From Octopus vulgaris (Eukaryota): DNA of 64,000 bases. Position numbers and translations under genes: made by a program. Positions within the stretch are counted from its first letter, which is position 1, and every line of letters begins with the position of its first letter. Shown here piece after piece: positions 12,088 through 24,525 of this stretch. The stretch spans positions 99,510,001 to 99,574,000 of the forward strand of contig OX597820.1 in the NCBI GenBank assembly GCA_951406725.2. Direction: 5' to 3'. The notes under the pieces are model-generated. The model was given only the letters and a program-made list of their open reading frames with translations. It searched no databases and had not been told where the DNA came from.

Positions 12088-12205
12088 TATTATATAAAAT
12101 ATCATACAATATCAAATATTAGTAAGTATGAAAACGGAGAGATCTAATGGATACAAATTGATTTATTCATTAGATCTTTCTGTTTTCATACTTAATAATT
12201 ATATA

Positions 12206-13472
12206 TTTGGTTATCCCATAAATAATGTGGTTTTTTATACTTCTTTTATTTTTCAAAATTAAGATAAACAAATTTCACTTTTAATCTAAAATATACTCTC
12301 CTTCATTTTCTACTACAATGCTCTTCTATTTATCCGGTAAACTTGTAAGGCCCCTCTTCCAAAATTCACTTGTCTCTGACAGAAAATACTCCTCCAGTAC
12401 TGTTTTAACCTTGTCTACAGAATGCATATTTTTTCTGTTGAAATGATTTTGAAGACTGCAGAATAAATGATAATCAGATGGCGCAATTTCCAGCAAATAT
12501 CGTGGGTGGGGCATCATTTCCCATTCAAACTGCTCCAGCCTTTGAAATGTCATCTTTGCTGAATGTGGCTGAGCATTATCCTGATGGAAGAACACCTTTC
12601 GTCTTGAAACCCAACATAGTTGTTTTTCTTTTAGCACTGACTTAAGCTGCTTGCTGTTCTCTTTTGTTATTGTTTGGTTTGGGTTTAAAGGTTCAAAGTG
12701 GACTAAACCTTTCATATCCCACCAAACAGATAACAACACCTTACATGGGTGAAGATCTTCTTTAGCCTGGGGTGCTGGTGTTTCTCCTTTTCCTACCCAC
12801 TGTCTTCAGCACTTGACATTTTTATAGAGAACCCATTTCTCAAAACCAGTCACTATTCGGTCCAAGAAAGGTTCATTTGTGAGATGTGATAGCAAAGAAG
12901 AGCACACATTCACTCTCTGTATGCAATTAGACTTAGAATCCATTGACCCAATTTGTTGATTTTTCCAATGGTACAAAGGTGTCGATGAATGGTTGAATGA
13001 CCAAATCCAAGCTTCTCTGCTAATTCCTCAACAGTTACGATGGGATTTTGTTCCGCCAGGGTTTGCAGGATGTCTTTGTCGAGCTCTACAGATCTTCCAG
13101 GATGAGACTTGTCTTCTAGACTGTAGTTTCCAGCTCAGAATATCTGGAACCACCATTGACACTGGCTTATACTTGTCCAATCCCCATATACTGCATTTAA
13201 TATTCTTCACACTTTCTGTTGCATTGATGCCTTTATTGAACTCATAAAGCAAAATATGCCAATATATGTTTCTTTGTCACTTCCATTATAGCTTTGAAAA
13301 AATAACTGTTAAAATTGAACTGCACTCTTCAAAACTTGCACTAAGAACAAGCACAAGGTAAAATTACTACCTGCTTTTATAGCAAGTTGATGCAGGTAGT
13401 TTATCCCATTCCCCTCCGACTTTTAGTTCATGGATTTGAAAAAAACCCCACATCATTTATGGCATGACCCAA
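12206..13472 (-). mobile_element. Full-length but inactivated mariner (DD34D) transposon
   Basis: About 1.27 kb with ~28-bp TIRs (ttggttatcccataaataatgtgg / ccacatcatttatggcatgacccaa). Transposase remnants: MEVTKKH, LYEFNKG, LSVWWD, FHQDNAQPH, HPRYLLEIAPSDYHLF. Confidence 0.9.
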
Positions 13473-13565
13473 TGTATATATACACATATGTTTATATGCA
13501 AATGGAGAGATCTAATGGATACAAGTTAATTTATCCATTAGATCACTCCATTTTCATACTTAATA

Positions 13566-13608
<43 letters not shown>

Positions 13609-15156
13609 ACTTCATTTGGGCATAGAGTAGATTCGAACCTGAATCGGCAAATTTCCCCTAACATTTCAACAGCATTTTTCTCACAGAAAAATGGAAGTTG
13701 AGATGAGTTGCATTCAACACATGGCTTTGCCAAGTCAATTGATGTCTTTTCCACTTGACTCTTAACCTCTTCCATGCCATGGAAAGTTGAAATGAGGTAA
13801 GGAATGACTGACATCGCACAACCCATTGTTCTGAACAATATATCTTTTTTCTATCTATCCTGCATAGTTATAACTACTAGAATTCCATAAGGTAAAATCA
13901 TTTGGTGAAAGCAACCCAGAGGTAGAGAGAAAACGTTTCTGATGGCAATTGGCAGTTATGATGTTTCACTTCCCTCTCGTCTCTCTTTCACTAGCCCACT
14001 TTCATCTCTGCAACATCACTCTGTCTATCTCTTACCTGTTACTACAATGACATGAACATTATACACACTTATACAAGGAAAAATTAACTCTTGATTATAT
14101 TATACACGCTTGCCTGTTGTTGTATGGCTATATATAGAGTAACAGTAAATAAAATCTGAAGTCAACATCAAATTCGACCCCTGTTCTTCTTTCACATCTT
14201 TAACATCATCACCCGTTACATTTTGGTAACAACTGTATGTGTGTGTGTGTGCACATGCACAATGACACACATACACATGCACACAAACAAACAAAAAAAG
14301 TGCAGCTCCAATAGCAGACAGAGTCAACAACTATTGAACAGGTTGCAAAAAGCAATGAAAATTTTAGAGAAAAAAAACATAAATGAGTGGAAATTGAACC
14401 AGTGAGTGTGTTAATTAATAAGGCATTAAATACAGAATGACTCTCCTCAGACAACAAAATATGCTTCAACACACAAATTCACATAAAGAATCTTGTAAAC
14501 CAAATATACAAACAAAATATATCTATCTATACTATAATGCAGAAAACTGCTTATTAATTAGGTATGTAACAATTACTAAAAGAAAGCAATTATTAATGGG
14601 TTGATTGTCTGGAAATATTTTTAGAAATTCATGTTCTAAGAAATTTTCTATAATTTCGATTTCTCAAGTTTCTTGAATTTTTTTGTAACTCTAATTTCTC
14701 GCAAATTTAAATATTCATTGCCATTCACTGCGTCCAATTCACAAATTTAAATATTCATTGTATACACTGCAGAGTATTCAATTCTTATTATTAGAAAATA
14801 ATTATTGTATGTTAAATTGCAAGTTTACAGAGTGCCAGATGGTGTGGATTAAACAAATCTGCCACAAAATTACATAAAACTGTTTTCACAGGTTTAACAT
14901 CACACAGCCAGTTGACCACATTTAGTTAATTTTTATCCATTTCTGCTGACTTTTCTATCATACTGCAGCATCACAGCCTTTGCACATAATTCACACAATT
15001 TTATGCTTGTCAAAAGAAACCATTTGTTGTCAATGCATGTAACATTCCCTAAACTTCTTCACCTTGTTTCCTTAATTTATTTAGATCACCTAGGTAACAG
15101 AAACTATCAACAATATTTAATGAATGAGCTGTTATTGGATTAATTTATGTTATTTC

Positions 15157-15557
15157 ATAGGCGCAGGAGTGGCTGTGTGGTAAGTAGCTTGCTTACCAAC
15201 AACATGGGTCTGGGTTCAGTCCCACTGCGTGGCATCTTGGGCAAGTGTCTTCTGCTATAGCCTCAGGCCGACCAATGCCTTGTGAGTGGATTTGGTAGAC
15301 GGAAACTGAAAGAAACCTGTCGTATATATGTATATATATATATGTGTGTCTGTGTTTGTCCCCCCAGCATTGCTTGACAACCGATACTGGTGTGTTTACG
15401 TCCCCTTCACTTAGTGGTTCGGCAAAAGAGACCGATAGAATAAGTACTAGGCTTACAAAGAATAAGTCCCGGGGTCAATTTGCTCAACTAAAGGCTGTGC
15501 TCCAGCATGGCCGCAGTCAAATGACTGAAACAAGTAAAAGAAAGAAAGAAAGAAAGT
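15157..15557 (+). mobile_element. SINE family B (tRNA-like head GGCGCAGGAGTGGCTGTGTGGTAA; CORE-like CCTTGGGCAAGT; internal TA/TG microsatellite; AG-rich tail)
   Basis: Full-length copy matching the other family B copies. Confidence 0.85.
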
Positions 15558-16666
15558 ATCTCTAGCCAACTGTATGCATTGCACATAACTGATTCCTTTA
15601 TTGGCAGACAGAAATATAACTTCCTTGGTTCTTCATACAAACACAAATGATATCTTAACTTGAACTTTATTTAGACCCCTTCAATAACTTGTATGAGATA
15701 CTTATTCAATTTTAAGGCTCTCCATTCTCTCTGGAGTAAGTAATTAGCATAGCACATAAATTGATGCTTTTAACATTTCAGCAAGAACACCACTACTCCA
15801 GATCTTATAAATTTACCTGCTTTTTTTTATTTCTCCTGAGACTGAAGTCAAGTGAAACATAATGGCCAGGTCATGTAAAGTCGGAAGATAGTATTACAAA
15901 TGCATTGTGAAGGGAAATGTACCAGAGGATGCAAATTGTTACAAGCAAGCAAACAAACAAAGGTAGGAGGTAGAGGTTAAGAAATGTTAGAGAGGGTTGG
16001 CAGATAATTGATGTCTGTAAGGAGTGATGAATTGTATTGTAAAATGTCAGTGAGGGATCAGAATTAAATAATAGTCTGTAACAGGAGATAAGTAAAATAT
16101 GTAAATAATTTCAACTCTGTGCACTGCGTATATACAACCATGCTATATATATGTATATACATCACAGCACACTACAAACAACTAAAATAATTTGTTAAAG
16201 CTAAGATGTTTTTTTCCTTGTGTGTACAGTTCTAATTAGAACCAGAATGTTGATGAACATCATAGACTAAGAGAGGGGTGACTGAGCTACAGGTTTGAGA
16301 ACACTCAAGTGTTAATATGTATGTCCAGCTAATTCTCACGGAACTTGTCTGACAAACAGCAACCCATTTTGTCAATGTATCGTATGCTGCAGAGCCTGCA
16401 AACTATGCAGACTGGCTGATAACAATAAATTGAAACCTAGTCATGTAGCTGTGTGAGAGATGAAGGAAAGAACGACTAAAATATTAAGATCAAGGACACA
16501 TGGTCATATCTATGAATGAGTAAGGGGAACTCTGAACTAAATCATAGAAATTTTAATCAGTTTTGAAAGATGATAATAAAGATTTGAAAAAGTCAGGAAT
16601 GTTTGCAAGAGATGGGTCAAATGTTTAACCCTTACAAGCCTGTTGTTTAGTTCTTATAAGCCCTAC

Positions 16667-16800
16667 ATCATCATTTAACGTCCGCTTTCCATGCTGGCAT
16701 GGGTTGGGCGGTTCAACTGGGGTCTGGGAAGCCAGAAGGCTGCACCAGGCCCAGTCTGATCTGGCAATGTTTCTACGGCTGGATGCCCTTCTTAATGCCA
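16667..16800 (-). mobile_element. RTE LINE 3' terminal fragment
   Basis: Reverse complement of the RTE tail at 25000-25140. Confidence 0.8.
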
Positions 16801-16974
16801 ATTGATCCTTTTTCTCATGTTAGTATAATGTGTGGCTCACAAATGCCTTATTTCATGTATACAACTATATTAATTATTCTATCACATGTCCTTGTTGCTT
16901 AATGACCCCATCTACCTACATCTCTGCTATGAGTATGCATATATCGAATTATTATCTGCCAAAAAGTACCATTG

Positions 16975-17262
16975 TGGAGGCACATAGCCTAGTGGTTAGA
17001 GCAGTGGACTCGCAGTCGAGGGATCGTGGGTTCAAATCTCAGACTGGGCGATGTGTGTGTTTATGAGTGAAACACCTAAGCTCTACATGGCTCCGACAGA
17101 AGGTAATGGCGAACTTCTGCTGACTCTTTTGCCACAACTTTCTCTCACTCTTTCCTCCTGCATCTTGCAGCTCACCTGCAACGGACCGGCGTCCCGTCCA
17201 GGTGGGGAACCTATACACCAAAGAAACCTTATGAGCCAGGTGTGGCTCAAGAAGGAACAAAC
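16975..17262 (+). mobile_element. SINE family C (tRNA-derived head)
   Basis: ggcacatagcctagtggttagagcagtggactcgcagtcgagggatcgtgggttcaaatctc has A- and B-box-like motifs; similar head at 25207. Confidence 0.7.
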
Positions 17263-17524
17263 AAAAAGTACCATTACACCAGCATTCAACTTTTTCACCT
17301 GACTTCCATTGTACACTAATTAGAAATCCTAAGATGAACCTGGAAGAAAAATATGAAATCATTCTCTGCTGGTTGGTATTGGTTGGATTACTTGTTAAAA
17401 GTGATGAGGTGTTAGAACCTGAGCTCTCTTTTAATAAATGTCTTTGATTACTTGACTAGATGGCCTTCCTATTGTCAACTACAAGCTTTGCTGACTGGCT
17501 GTAGGTATCATGTCCTGACGTTTT

Positions 17525-17749
17525 CTCGTGGCCGTTTGCCAGCCTCGTCTGGCACCTGTGCCGGTGGCACGTAAAAAGCACCCACTACACTCATGGAGTG
17601 GTTGGCGTTAGGAAGGACATCCAGCCGTAGAAACATTGCCAGATCAGACTGGGCCTGGTGCAGCCTTCTGGCTTCCCAGACCCCGGTCAAACTGTCCAAC
17701 CCATGCTAGCATGGAAAGCGGATGCTAAACGATGATGATGATGATGATG
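17525..17749 (+). mobile_element. RTE LINE 3' terminal fragment with (GAT)n tail
   Basis: Near-identical to 24920-25158. Confidence 0.85.
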
Positions 17750-17759
17750 AATCAATAGT

Positions 17760-18206
17760 GTTGCTGAAATATTGAGATATCTTCTAAAGCTAATTTTACG
17801 TCCACACTTAGAGTTTGCATCACCAGTATGGAAACCCTATCTTACTTGGCATATCAGTTTCCTGGAAACTGTTCAGAAACATGCAACTTGCTGAATACCT
17901 GCTGTTAGGCATCTACCATACTCTGAACGCCTTGAATCCTTGGGTACGGACACATTAAAGCTCTGACTTCTAGCAACTGACCGGGTAGACATTCACCATA
18001 TTATCAACCATCTTTCCAACAACAAGCTTGGGCACCTTTTTGAATTCCATATGTCTAACACTTGTGGACATGCTCATAAAATTTAAAAAAACAATACAAC
18101 ACCCATGACTTTTGGAAACATTTTTTCCTGCTCAGAATCGCTGAAGCATGGAAGAAACTAATTGCATCAGTTGTTAGCTGTTGGGACACTACATCCTTGA
18201 AGATCT
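17760..18206 (+). mobile_element. CR1-clade LINE ORF2 C-terminal remnant
   Basis: Translates to RPHLEFASPVWKPY..LETVQKHAT..LPYSERLESLG..TCGHAHKI..HFF..AWKKL, matching the CR1 pattern RPHLEY..W.P...ERL..L..TRGH..FF..WN.L. Confidence 0.8.
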
Positions 18207-18590
18207 CTGTGTGGTAAGTAGCTTGCTTACCAACCACATGGTTCCAGGTTCAGTCCCATTGTGTGGCACCTTGGGCAAGTGCCTTCTACTATAGCCTCAG
18301 GCCGACCACAGCCTTGTGAGTAGATTTGGTAGATGGAAACTGAAAGAAGCCCGTCGTATATATGCATATATATATATGTTTGTGTGTCTGTGTTTTTCTC
18401 CCCCTCCCCAACATCGCTTGACAACCGTTGCTGGTGCTTTTACGACCCCCTGTAACTTAGTGGTTCAGCAAAAGAGACTGATAGAATAAGTACTAGGCTT
18501 ACAAAGAATAAGTCCTGGGGTTGATTTGCTCGACTAAAGGTGGTGCTCCAGCATGGCTGCAGTCAAATGACTGAAACAAGTAAAAGAATA
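18207..18590 (+). mobile_element. SINE family B
   Basis: Matches family B; a partial minus-strand copy follows at ~18600-18770. Confidence 0.85.
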
Positions 18591-18990
18591 TATCAAAACA
18601 AGGACACACACACACACGTATACAATAGGCAATTTTTCAGTTTCTGCCAGGCAGATTTACTCACAAAGCTTTGGTTAGCCTGGAGTTGTAGCACAACACA
18701 GCAGGACTGAACCTGAAACCACATGGTTGTAAAGTGAACCTCTCAATCATATGGCCATGCCTGCACTTACGAATGTGTTATTAGTATGATTTGAGAGAGA
18801 TTTGGTTGCTATTTCCAGTGGATTGATTAAGTGTATAAGGCTACTTAGTGCTCTGATGGTGGTAGATGACAATGGTGCTGTTCACCCTCAGCTCAGCCTT
18901 AATTAAACAGATCTGTGATTAAAGGCAATCCAACTATGACCTTCTCATCTTTATCTTTCAGACATTGTTTATCCATGACTACAATATATC

Positions 18991-19217
18991 TGTTTCTTTA
19001 TTACCCACAAGGGGCTAAACATAGAGGGGACAAACAAGGACAAAGGGATTAAGTCGATTACATCGACCCCAGTACGTAACTGGTACTTAATTTATTGACC
19101 CCGAAAGGATGAAAGGCAAAGTCGACCTCGGCGGAATTTGAACTCAGAACGTAGCGACGGGCGAAATACCGCGAAGCACTTCGCCTGGCGTGCTAACGTC
19201 TCTGCCAGCTCGCCGCC
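18991..19217 (-). mobile_element. SINE family A with ~18-bp TSD
   Basis: ccatgactacaatatatc at 18973-18990 and 19216-19233. Confidence 0.9.
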
Positions 19218-19883
19218 ATGACTACAATATATCGTTTCTTTCTAAAGTCAGTAAGGTGTAATTTAAGGGAGATTTGGCTGCTGTTTCTAACAGGCTGAAT
19301 AACCATAAAATGGCTTCTTTGGTTTATAGAGCAACCATTGGTCAACTAATTTGAGGACACACCTTTTATCTGGACTGCATTAAGATTTTTAAAATGAATG
19401 AAAGCAAAATCTTTTATAAAAATAACGTTACTATTCACTAGATTAACTGTTTGTTTTTAAAAAGCTATACTTTCACTGCTATCAGTATTTTGGAAGTATG
19501 TTAAATATGTCAATGACATTAGCTCTGTCTTGTTATTCTGAGTGACAGAAACTGTTATTTGTTGCACTTAATTATGCGAAAGTATATCTTCTAACATCTA
19601 TTTGTGTTTTGGATGCTTTGAACGAATCTGTTAGTCTTTTGTGTTATGTAGGTGACCTAATCTGTGCTTACTGTTTATAGCACATGTGCAGATGGTAGAG
19701 TGAAAAAAAAGAAGGGTGGAGAAAGTTGCAAACAAAGAGTTCTTCTCACATTCAAATGGAAAACACATGTGTCAGTGAGATTGGAATGTACAACATGAAT
19801 GATTCGTAGAGAAATAAATGAAGTATGATCTATACCCTGTAACTGAGATGACAAAACATTAAGAGCATCATCAGACGTGTGTA

Positions 19884-20745
19884 TGAGCTGATATCAAAAA
19901 GTTCCAGGACTAGCAATGTTTAATAAAAAAATAACTTATTTACCCAAGTTTTAACACCACCTCCTTTGAAATTATCACCTTGCACAGCAAGACACCAGTC
20001 TCAGCCTTCATGTCATGGAATCTGGCCTGAAAGTTGTTTTTCATAAGCAAGTTGAGGACCTTCATCAATTCACTCTGAATCTCGACAATGGTGTTAAATC
20101 AATGACCTGCAGGTGCTAAATCTGGTGAATAGGATGTGTTTGGAAGTGATACCATGCTGATTTTGGTGAGAAACTCACGAGGAGGAGAGCTTAGTCATAG
20201 GGTGGGTGCATTGTCATCATGAAGAATCCAATTCGTTGCACTCCACAGATTCAATTCCTTTTGCCAAATGTCTTTCCCTAAATGCTTCAAAATGTTGTAG
20301 TAGAACTCTTGAATGATGGTCTGGCCCTGGGGATCAAATTCTTGATGCACACTACCACATTTCCACTTGTAACAGGTCATCGTCTTTCAGGGACATTCTT
20401 TCACTTTTGAAGTGCTCGTGCCACTTGAAACATCATGTACAATCCATTGCCTCATCACTGTAAGCTTGTCAAAGTATGCTCAATGTCTCTGCAGCAGACT
20501 TCCCAAGTTTAACACAAAATTTCATGTTGGCTCTTTGATCCAACTTCCTGTCCATGACAAAACTGCAGACTACAACATAGATGGGATCACAAAAATGCAA
20601 ATTTCACAACATGCAAAGCAAACACAGTGATGTCACCCTGCACACTGCCTCATGAAGGTCACTGCTGGCTCTCACTGTACACGCAACCATGTGATGCCAT
20701 TTGTCGGCACACTGCAGAGTTAGTCCAGGAACTTTGTGATATCAC
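19884..20745 (-). mobile_element. Internally deleted mariner remnant
   Basis: TIRs tgatatcaaaaagttccaggact / agtccaggaactttgtgatatca; minus-strand VHQEF.PQGQTI...WILHDDNAP. Confidence 0.75.
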
Positions 20746-21002
20746 CAGAGACACAACTTGCATAGCCTCGCTACAACTACCTTCTATCTTTGCACTTATC
20801 ATCATCATTCTTTCACTATTCTTTGATTACCATCTCATTGTATTGTTCCTCATTCTTTCAGTATTCCCTCATTACCCTGTCTAGCTCAAACACATTTTTT
20901 TCGTTTAGTCTTGTCTCCTGGTTCATAGCCACTCTGATTTTTCAAACCCATTTGCTAGCTCACACGATGAACAGAACCTCTTAAGTTGCGGTCATCCGCC
21001 CT

Positions 21003-21269
21003 CCCACCCCCTCCAAACATACCGGAAGTTGCCATCCCACCCCCTCCAAACATACCGGAAGTTGCCATCCCACCCCCTCCACACATACCGGAAGTTGCCA
21101 TCCCACCCCCTCCACACATACCGGAAGTTGCCATCCTGTCCCCTCCACACATACCGGAAGTTGCCATCCCACCCCCTCCACACGTACCGGAAGTTGCCAT
21201 CCCACCCCCTCCACACATACCGGAAGTTGCCATCCCACCCCCTCCACACATACCAGAAGTTGCCATCCC
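21003..21269 (+). repeat. 33-bp tandem minisatellite, 8 units (cccaccccctccacacataCCGGAAGTtgccat), immediately 5' of the RTE ORF
   Basis: CCGGAAGT at 21022, 21055, 21088, 21121, 21154, 21187 and 21220; variant CCAGAAGT at 21253. Confidence 0.95.
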
Positions 21270-21377
21270 GGGGTTGCTTCCCATGAAGACTGCAAATGCT
21301 CTTTCCCCATCCCTACGCCTAGTCTCGACCTATGTAAGGTAATGTTCATACAGTGCAAAATATGAAAGGCTAGTGTT

Positions 21378-24300
21378 ATGCAGGTTGTACTGAAGGCTAC
21401 TTTACTACTTCATTACTTGCACATGAATTCTGCCAAATGCGAGCTTTCTTTTCAGGTACACTGTCCCAGGGTCTCTAGAGCCCATGCCTCCCACACCCTC
21501 AGGGTTGGCACCCTCAACGTTGGCACACTGAAAGGTAGGTCTGGTGAGATAGTCGAGATGCTTGAATGGAGATGTGTGGATATATGTTGCATGCAAGAAA
21601 TAAGGTGGAGAGGAGAATCAGCTAGGTTCCTCACAGGCAAGGAACGCGGTACAAGCTTTTCTGGGCAGGGAACACTGACGGGGTTGGTGGCGTGGGTATA
21701 CTTATCGCTGAGAAATGGGTAGATAAAGTAATTGAGGTAATCAGAGTATGTGACAGAATACTTAAGATTAGATTAGTGCTTCATCATAGTTTAGCAACCA
21801 TTATATCAGCCTATGCTCCTCAGTCGGGGCTACCCGATGGACAGAAAGACCGATTCTATGACACTCTACTGCAGACTACCTCGTTGACGAATGACAGAGA
21901 CCTTATCTTTGTGGCTGGTGACTTCAATGGTCACGTTGGACGACATGCTGGGGGCTTCCATGGCGTACATGGAGGCTATGGCTATGGCTCCCGCAACGAG
22001 GAGGGAACCAGGCTGCTGGAGTTCTGTGATGCAAATAATCTTATGATTTGCAACACTAACTTCAGGAAACCTACCAGCCACCTAGTCACTTACCGATCGG
22101 GCCAACATACCAGCCAAATTGACTACATCCTTGCAAGGCAAAGGGAGAGATGGCTGCTTATAAATGCCAAAACCTTCCCAGGTGAAGAATGTACCCCACA
22201 ACATAGACTGGTAGTTAGTGACTTTAGGATCAGGACTAGGAGGACAACCAGAAGACGACCAATATGGAGAAGAAGGATCTGGAAGCTTAAAGATCCTGCA
22301 AATGGACAGAGATTTAGGGACATATTACTTGAAGCCTTTGACAAAGTAGAAGTAGAGCATCACAGGGGGTAGAAGACAACTGGACGTTTCTAAGGGACAA
22401 CCTGCTGAGAGCCACTGACCAGATCTGTGGCTGGTGCAAAGTCCCCTCTCGACCTAGAATAACGTGGTGGTGGAACAATATTGTAGACAGGGCTATTAGA
22501 GAAAAGAGACAGGCTTGGAAGGTCTGGAAAAATGGGGGTAGCAGGGAATTGTATCAGACTGCCAAAAGAGAAGCTAGGAGACAGGTTTATTTAGCTAGAG
22601 GGGAAGCAGATAAGAAAAAATTTGCCAATGTTCTGCGCCATGAGGACCAAAGACTGGAGGTGTTTCGCGTTGCAAGACAGTGTGTGAGAGAGAATCGTGA
22701 TGTGGTAGGAGAGAAGTGTGTTCGCATGGAAGATGGTTCACTTGCGCTAAACGAGGATGCAAAGAGAGAGGTTTGGAGATGCCACTATGAAAGGTTGCTG
22801 AATAAAGAAAATGAATGGGATAAAGGGAGTCTGCCGAATGTTGACCCAACAAAGGGACCAGCTATCCGAGTTGATAGTTCCGTGGTAGCTAAGGCAATTA
22901 GAAGCATGAAGACAGGGAAAGCCCCAGGCCCATCAGGAATCACTGCAGAGATGCTCAAAATGTCTGGTAGTGTCGGCTATAGCCTAGTCACCCGTATAGT
23001 TAATCAGGTGATACACAAAGGAGTCATACCCAATGACTGGTGTAGCAGCATAATAGTCAACTGCTACAAAGGTAAACGTGATGCCCTAGATACAAATAAC
23101 TACAGAGGTATCAAGCTGTTGGATCAGGTGATGAAGGTTACGGAGAGGGTCATAGCCCAACTAATTAGAGAGAGAATTAGTTTAGATGAGATGCAGTTTG
23201 GGTTTGTGCCAGGGAAAAGTACTACTGATGCTATATTCCTGGTAAGGCAACTGCAGGAGAAATACCTAGCCAAAGATAAGCCCCTGTACCTGGCTTTTGT
23301 TGACATGGAGAAAGCCTTCGACAGGGTCCCCCGATCTCTTATCTGGTGGTCAATGAGGAAACTAGGGATAGATGAATGGTTAGTGAGAGCTGTGCGGGCA
23401 ATGTATAGGGACGCTGCTAGTAAGGTGAGGGTTGGCAACGATTACAGTGAAGAATTCCGGGTAGAGGTAGGGGTCCACCAAGGCTCAGTCCTCAGCCCCC
23501 TCCTATTTATCATAGTCCTCCAGGCAATAACGGAGGAATTCAAGACAGGATGCCCTTGGGAGCTCCTCTATGCTGATGACCTTGCTCTAATTGCTGAGTC
23601 GCTATCAGAACTGGAGGAGAAGTTTCAGGTGTGGAAACAAGGATTAGAATCGAAGGGCCTCAGAGTCAATCTAGCTAAAACCAAAGTCGTAATCAGTAGG
23701 AAGGTAGACAAATCACAAACGCCTTCAGGTAGATGACCCTGCTCGATCTGTAGAAAAGGTGTAGGTAGAAACTCTATAAGATGCACCAAGTGTAAGCTAT
23801 GGACACATAAGAGGTGCAGCAATGTCAAAGGAAGGCTAACTAGGAAGATGGTTTTTGTATGTGGCAGATGCTCAGGAACAATAAACACTGAAAATGCTCT
23901 GAGACCAACTTCCGTCACTTTCCAGGGAGAAAAACTAGAAATAGTTGATAGTTTCCGTTACCTAGGTGACCAAGTCAGCAGCGGGGGCGGGTGTGCTGAA
24001 AGTGTAACTGCTAGAGTAAGAATAGCTTGGGCAAAGTTCAGAGAGCTCTTACCTCTGCTGGTGACAAAAGGCCTCTCGCACAGAGTGAAAGGCAGACTGT
24101 ATGATGCGTGTGTACGAACAGCCATGCTACATGGCAGTGAAACATGGGCCGTGACTGCTGAGGATATGCGTAAGCTCGCAAGAAATGAAGCCAGTATGCT
24201 CCGATGGATGTGTAATGTCAGTACTCATACTCGGCAGAGTGTAAGTACCTTGAGAGAAAAGCTGGACCTAAGAAGCATCAGTTGTGGTGTGCAAGAGAGA

Positions 24301-24525
24301 CGTTTGCACTGGTATGGTCATGTGGCGAGAATGGATGAAGATAGTTGTGTGAAAAAGTGCCACACCCTAGCGGTTGAGGGAACCTGCGGAAGAGGCAGAC
24401 CCAGGAAAACCTGGGACGAGGTGGTGAAGCACGACCTTCGAACTTTAGGTCTCACTGAGGAAATGACTAGAGACCGAGACCTCTGGAAGTGTGCTGTGCA
24501 CGAGAAGACCCAGCAGGACAAGTGA
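21378..24525 (+). pseudogene. RTE ORF: AP endonuclease, reverse transcriptase and PHD-like finger; two frameshifts (~21650, ~22360) and one nonsense codon (23734)
   Basis: EN motifs GTLNV, MQE, SAYAPQ, GDFNGHVG, SQIDY, QHRLV. RT motifs KAPGPSG, NYRGIKLL, QFGF, FVDMEKAFD, GVHQGSVLSP, YADD, FRYLG. RTE-type C-terminus RGRPRKTW. Confidence 0.92.

Noticed and set aside
13560-14330. Protein-like minus-strand ORFs (MGCAMSVIPYL..; CYQNVTGDDVKD..) and a possible exon at 30664-30752 as an antisense gene
   Set aside because: No recognisable domain, weak acceptors, and the splice phases of the two nearest candidate exons do not match. RNA-seq would be needed to revive this.
16978-17050. tRNA gene candidates (also 25210 and 42748)
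   Set aside because: Acceptor stems do not pair and the sequences continue into repeat bodies, so they are SINE heads.
21003-21269. CRISPR-like regular repeats
   Set aside because: Units are contiguous with no unique spacers, there are no cas genes and the context is eukaryotic.
20955-21358. Pro-rich (PPPPHIPEVAI)n and Gly-rich ORFs in several frames
   Set aside because: A stop-free 33-bp repeat is open in most frames; there is no ATG-led, spliceable context on the + strand.
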